Source: Cenarchaeum sp. (lineage in GTDB: Archaea; Thermoproteota; Nitrososphaeria; Nitrososphaerales; Nitrosopumilaceae). From it: a stretch of DNA of 64,000 nucleotides. The position numbers and the translations under genes are program-made. Location: NCBI GenBank assembly GCA_965212015.1, contig OZ243037.1, forward strand, positions 64,001 through 128,000, given 5' to 3'. This document shows positions 59,664 through 64,000 of this stretch, one piece after another. Within the stretch, counting starts at the first letter, position 1. Each line of letters opens with the position of its first letter. The notes under the pieces are model-generated. The model worked only from the letters and a program-made list of their open reading frames with translations, did no database searches and was not told where the DNA came from.

Positions 59664-60230
59664 TCACGTCTCAATCATCCTCAGCGTGTCTGACGCGGTG
59701 ATAATCCCGACTATTTTCGAGTTTCTGGAGACCAGTATGCATTTTGTAAACCTGATGAGCGTGACTAGCGCGCCGGCCGGCGTGTCATAGTCGACAATCG
59801 GCGGGGCCGGTTCCATTGCGTGCTCCAGCCTCGTCCTCTCCAGCCCCTCCTTGCCGGGTCTTGCCAGATAGCTTACGATTCCGTCCTCTGTGATTACGCC
59901 GACGGGCGTCTTTTTGTCAAAGACCGGAATCTGGCTTATCGAATGCCTTTGAAGCTGCGTGATGGCGTGGTGAAGCGTGCTTGACGGGCCCAGCTTTATT
60001 ATACTCTTGCTGCAAAAGTCGCCTGCCTTGTGGGCCGACGACCTGCCCTCGAGTGCGGCCATGCTGTCAAATATCCTCTTTGCCGTCTCGTATCCGGGCT
60101 TGCTGCGCCCGGACTCTATCTGGTTTATCATTGAAGTGCTGACCTGCGCCATCTCTGCCAACTTTTTTTGCGTAATGCCTAGCCTTTTTCTTACCTGTTT
60201 TATAGAGTCGATTCTTGGAAGCAACCGCAT
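59664..60230 (-). CDS. XRE-type HTH + CBS-pair regulator
   Basis: RKRLGITQKKLA...IESG, ISQIPV, VGIITASD. Confidence 0.92.
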   Translation of the reverse strand: MRLLPRIDSIKQVRKRLGITQKKLAEMAQVSTSMINQIESGRSKPGYETAKRIFDSMAALEGRSSAHKAGDFCSKSIIKLGPSSTLHHAITQLQRHSISQIPVFDKKTPVGVITEDGIVSYLARPGKEGLERTRLEHAMEPAPPIVDYDTPAGALVTLIRFTKCILVSRNSKIVGIITASDTLRMIET

Positions 60231-60264
60231 CCCAAGGGTGCGCTACGGCTTTAAACCATGAGAA

Positions 60265-62913
60265 TCATCGCCTTGGCCGCCTCGGGCTGGCAAGCGCGGC
60301 CTGGGCGGCGGCAACTATTGCGATGGGTATCCTGTGCGGCGAGGCGCTGACATAGCTCAGGCCGGAGTCGTGATAGAACCCTATCGACTTTGGATCCCCG
60401 CCGTGCTCGCCGCATATGCCGATCTCCAGGTCCGGCCTTGCCTGCCGGCCGTGGCCGATGCCTATCTTCATGAGCCGCCCGACCCCGCCGGTGTCAATCG
60501 ACTGGAACGGGTTTGCATCGAGGAGCTCCTTGTCGATGTATTCGGGCAGAAACTTGCCCTCTGCGTCCTCCCTGCTAAAGCTGAATGTAGCCTGCGTGAG
60601 ATCGTTTGTGCCAAAGCTGAAAAACTCTGCGGTCCTGACTAGCTCGTCGGCGGTGAGTGCTGCGCGGACCACCTCGATCATTGTCCCAAAGCTTATGCTA
60701 AACTTTCTGCGGTGTTTTTTTTGCATCTCTTTTTTTATCGCGTCATAGATGGACTTTATGTGATCAAGCTCTGCAATGCTGCTTACCTGCGGGATCATTA
60801 TCTGCGGGCGTACATGCACGCCCTTGCCGGCAAGGTGCGCTGCGGCCTCAAAGACTGCCCTTATCTGCATCTCGTATATCTCGGGATACGTGACTCCGAC
60901 CCGGACGCCCCTGTGTCCCATCATGGGATTGACCTCGGCGAGATCCCGTGCGCGCTCCAGGACTATCCTTGCCCTTGCCGCCTCGGCTGCCTTCATCCTG
61001 CGCAGCTTGCCTGCCAGCTCTTCGGGGTTTGGCAGAAACTCGTGCAGCGGCGGATCAAGCAGGCGTATGGTCACGGGGTACCCCTCCATCACCCTGATTA
61101 TCTTGATAAAGTCGCTTTTTTGAAGGCGCCCTAGCTTGTCGAGGACCTTTTTCCTGTCCCGGACCGTTCGCGCCATTATCATGCTCTTGAACAGCCCTAT
61201 CCTGTCGCCTGCGTTGAACATGCGCTCCGTCCTGCACAGGCCAATCCCCTGCGCCCCATAGTCGCGCGCAAGCCTGGATGCCTCCGGCGTGTCTGCGTTT
61301 GCCCTCACGCCGATCTGCTTGGCCTTTTTGGCCCAGCCAAGCACGGTCCTAAAGTCCCTGGTAATCTCTGGCGTTATGGTCGGGATTTTTCCCAAAAAGA
61401 CCCCGCCGCTGCTGCCGTCGATGGTAATTATATCGCCCTCCCTTACCGTGCGGCCGCCTGCGCGGCATTTTTTTGCGTTATAGTTTATCTTTAGCTTTGA
61501 TGCGCCAACTATGCACGGCTTTCCCATGCCCCTTGCGACTACGGCCGCATGCGATGTCTTGCCGCCCCTGCTGGTAAGGATGCCGGCAGAGGTGAAAAAC
61601 GCGGGAACGTCTTCGGGCTTTGTCTCCTCGCGGACGAGTATCACGTCGCCGCCTCCCTCGCCTAGCGCTACTGCGCGCTTTACGTCAAACACTACGACTC
61701 CGCTTGCGGCGCCCGGGGACGCTGCGATTCCCTCCGAGAATTTGACAAAGTCCTTTTCGTTCTTTTTGTCGATGGTCTTGTGGAGCAGCTGTTCGAGCTG
61801 TTCTGCATCAAGCCTCCGTAGCGCGCGCTCCCTGGTTATCAGCCTCTCCTTTACCATGTCGACAGACGTCTTTATCATTGCGGCCGCATGCATCTTTGCG
61901 GATCTGGTCTGGAGCAGGTAGAACCTTCCCTGTTCCACTGTAAACTCTATGTCCTGCGGCTCCCGATAGTGCCTTTCTAGCTGGGAGCACATCTTTAGCA
62001 GCCTGGCGTACGAGTCTGGCAGCTCAGAGCGCAGCGAGTCGACTGGCTTTGGCGTCCTGATTCCGGCCACGACGTCCTCGCCCTGCGCGTTTACCATATA
62101 TTCGCCGAATATCTGCCGCGTCCCGTCGCCGGGGTTCCTGGTAAAGACCACGCCGGTGGCGCTGTCCTCGCCCATGTTCCCGAACACCATGGACACGACA
62201 TTCACGCCGGTCCCGTCTGCAACGTCCTTTGTAATGCCGTTCTTGTTGCGATAGACTATGGCGCGCTCCCCCGTCCAGCTATCAAAGACTGCCTTGATTG
62301 CCAGCTCTAGCTGCTCGGAGGGCTCTGCGGGAAACTGTTTTTTCGTGTGTCTTTTGCATATTTTTTTATACTCCGAGACCAGCCTTCTTAGAGATTTTTC
62401 ATCCAGCGAGCTGTCAGACCGCACTGCCTGCCTCTTTTTTGCCGCAGACAGGGCCTCATCGAACAATTTGTCGTCTATTCCAAACACCACCTTGCCGAAC
62501 AGCTGCACGAACCGGCGGTAAGAGTCCCATGCAAACCTGGGGTTCTGGCTCTTTGATGCGAGCCCCTCCACTGTCTTGTCATTCAGGCCCAGGTTCAGTA
62601 TCGTGTCCATCATGCCGGGCATGGACACTGCGGCGCCGGACCTTACGGATACTAGCAGCGGGTTTTGGCGCGAGTTCCACCCCTTGCCGGTCTTTTTCTC
62701 AATCCTTGCAATGTTTTTTTTTACCTGGACGATTACGTCCCTTGAAAGCCTCTTGTTGTTTGCGTAATAGCTCTTGCACACCTCGGTGGTGATTACAAAA
62801 CCGGGGGGCACGGGAAGCTTTAGCCTGGTCATCTCGCAGAGGCCGGCGCCCTTGCCGCCCAACAGTTTTTTGTTCCTGCCGCTGCCTTCGTCAAAAAAAT
62901 AGACTGCTTTCAT
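60265..62913 (-). CDS. ppdK: Pyruvate, phosphate dikinase
   Basis: LLGGKGAGL, SVRSGAAVSMPGMMDT, GEDVVAG, GGKTSHAAVVARG, GLCRTE, FGTNDLTQ, GICGEHGG. Confidence 0.97.
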   Translation of the reverse strand: MKAVYFFDEGSGRNKKLLGGKGAGLCEMTRLKLPVPPGFVITTEVCKSYYANNKRLSRDVIVQVKKNIARIEKKTGKGWNSRQNPLLVSVRSGAAVSMPGMMDTILNLGLNDKTVEGLASKSQNPRFAWDSYRRFVQLFGKVVFGIDDKLFDEALSAAKKRQAVRSDSSLDEKSLRRLVSEYKKICKRHTKKQFPAEPSEQLELAIKAVFDSWTGERAIVYRNKNGITKDVADGTGVNVVSMVFGNMGEDSATGVVFTRNPGDGTRQIFGEYMVNAQGEDVVAGIRTPKPVDSLRSELPDSYARLLKMCSQLERHYREPQDIEFTVEQGRFYLLQTRSAKMHAAAMIKTSVDMVKERLITRERALRRLDAEQLEQLLHKTIDKKNEKDFVKFSEGIAASPGAASGVVVFDVKRAVALGEGGGDVILVREETKPEDVPAFFTSAGILTSRGGKTSHAAVVARGMGKPCIVGASKLKINYNAKKCRAGGRTVREGDIITIDGSSGGVFLGKIPTITPEITRDFRTVLGWAKKAKQIGVRANADTPEASRLARDYGAQGIGLCRTERMFNAGDRIGLFKSMIMARTVRDRKKVLDKLGRLQKSDFIKIIRVMEGYPVTIRLLDPPLHEFLPNPEELAGKLRRMKAAEAARARIVLERARDLAEVNPMMGHRGVRVGVTYPEIYEMQIRAVFEAAAHLAGKGVHVRPQIMIPQVSSIAELDHIKSIYDAIKKEMQKKHRRKFSISFGTMIEVVRAALTADELVRTAEFFSFGTNDLTQATFSFSREDAEGKFLPEYIDKELLDANPFQSIDTGGVGRLMKIGIGHGRQARPDLEIGICGEHGGDPKSIGFYHDSGLSYVSASPHRIPIAIVAAAQAALASPRRPRR

Positions 62914-63231
62914 TTTTCTAGGCTATAAAATCGAGTTGGGGGGTTTTTAAAGTATTGCCTGAAAATTCGGCGCAGCTCTTGGAATGCGGACGGGCAAGGA
63001 CGCATCCCCGTCGCCTGTGATGGCAGCTTGCGCAAGCTGCCAGGACGGCGCCGCATCGTGCAGTCCGATCCTGCATGGCGCTCACCTGATAATACCGGCC
63101 CGTCCTGCAAAACAGGCGCGCAGCGGATCGATTGATCCGGTCTGAAAAACTGCAAAAGCGCCGGACTTTGCCTAGGCGCAACGTCACAAAAGGGAAAATC
63201 AAATAAACACTGGCCTCCACATGATCGTACA

Positions 63232-63654
63232 ATGAGGAAAAAATCCCCAGAAAGGCGCATCAAAATCCTGGTGGCAAAGCTGGGCCTTGACGGCCACGAC
63301 AGGGGCGCACTTGTCCTGTGCAGGGCCTTTAGGGACGCCGGAATGGAGGTAATCTATTCGGGACTGTTTGCAACGCCGGACAGAGTCGCGCAGATTGCCC
63401 AGGACGAGGACGTCGATGCGATTGCCATGAGCCTCCTGAATGGCGCGCACGGGACGCTGTTTCCAAGGGTCGCAAAGGCCCTCAAAAAAATGGGAATCGG
63501 CGACGTGCTTGTGATAGGCGGCGGGATAATCCCCGACGAGGACAAAAAGGGGCTGGCAAAGTCCGGAATCGACGGGGTGTTCGGGCCCGGAACGCCGCTG
63601 CCGGAGATAATCGAGCATGTGCGTGCGGGCACCAAAAAGCTGAGAAAAATCTAG
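63232..63654 (+). CDS. Methylmalonyl-CoA mutase, cobalamin-binding subunit
   Basis: KLGLDGHDRGA, GGGIIP, VFGPGT. Confidence 0.96.
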   Translation: MRKKSPERRIKILVAKLGLDGHDRGALVLCRAFRDAGMEVIYSGLFATPDRVAQIAQDEDVDAIAMSLLNGAHGTLFPRVAKALKKMGIGDVLVIGGGIIPDEDKKGLAKSGIDGVFGPGTPLPEIIEHVRAGTKKLRKI

Positions 63655-63668
63655 CAATCCCGGATATA

Positions 63669-64000
63669 CTATTCCGTAGAGTCCGGCCACATCATTTTTC
63701 GCATCTGCCTTCCGACCTGCTCTATCTGGTGTGCGTCAATCTCCTTCATGTATCTGTTGAATGCCTCCCTGCCGTCCCTTTGATAGCTGCCGGTCCATTC
63801 GCTGTTAAACGTCCCGTCCTGGATCATCTGCAGGACCTTTTTCATCCTGGCCTTTGAATCTGCGTCCATTACCATCGGGCCGCGCGTCAGCCCGCCGTAT
63901 CTTGCCGTCTCACTCACGCGTCTCCACATTCCGTTTATTCCGTACCTCTGAATCATGTCGACTATGAGCTTTAGCTCGTGCAATACCTCAAAGTACGCAA
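63669..64000 (-). CDS. ilvC: Ketol-acid reductoisomerase, C-terminal part (5' end outside the window)
   Basis: AYFEVLHELKLIVD, VSETARYG, IQDGTF, HQIEQVG. Confidence 0.94.
   Translation of the reverse strand, partial: AYFEVLHELKLIVDMIQRYGINGMWRRVSETARYGGLTRGPMVMDADSKARMKKVLQMIQDGTFNSEWTGSYQRDGREAFNRYMKEIDAHQIEQVGRQMRKMMWPDSTE

Noticed and set aside
62938-62943. C6 tract in the ppdK promoter as a phase switch
   Set aside because: Too short to be hypermutable and upstream of a core metabolic gene.
374-63983. Numerous antisense and alternate-frame ORFs in the track
   Set aside because: Shadows of GC-rich genuine genes with no independent motifs.

Overview
Chromosomal window of an ammonia-oxidising archaeon (Nitrososphaerota, Nitrosopumilaceae-like). 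The relatively GC-rich core genes, many decayed IS relics and large surface proteins suggest a host-associated lineage (inference). The intact core comprises rpl32e, pckA, an S8 protease, sod, pfdA, ftsY, argF, the rpl18-rps5-rpl30-rpl15-secY-adk-DUF106-cmk-cbf5 operon, ilvB/ilvN/leuA, an intron-containing tRNA-Ser(GGA), 2-oxoacid:ferredoxin oxidoreductase, cofE, a TFB paralogue, an M1 aminopeptidase, meaB-mcm-mce, ppdK and ilvC. Accessory patches hold the notable features: (1) a class II tRNA at 9323-9405 with the variable-arm and discriminator signature of archaeal tRNA-Leu but a UUC (Glu) anticodon, whose anticodon arm is copied 77 bp upstream; (2) an AT-rich defence island (ABC/AAA ATPase + TOPRIM-like gene, TcmP + DUF5131, RelBE relic); (3) two large adhesin-like genes with 5' homopolymer tracts placed like phase-variation switches (G11 between TATA and ATG; C8 that frameshifts the signal peptide); (4) an AvcD-like dCTP deaminase embedded in a modular repeat array with two copies of an unannotated 36-39 aa micro-ORF, the cassette being bracketed by ~1 kb direct repeats; (5) every recognisable TA toxin or nuclease partner is disrupted while its partner gene is intact. 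All family calls come from motifs read by eye; no searches were run.
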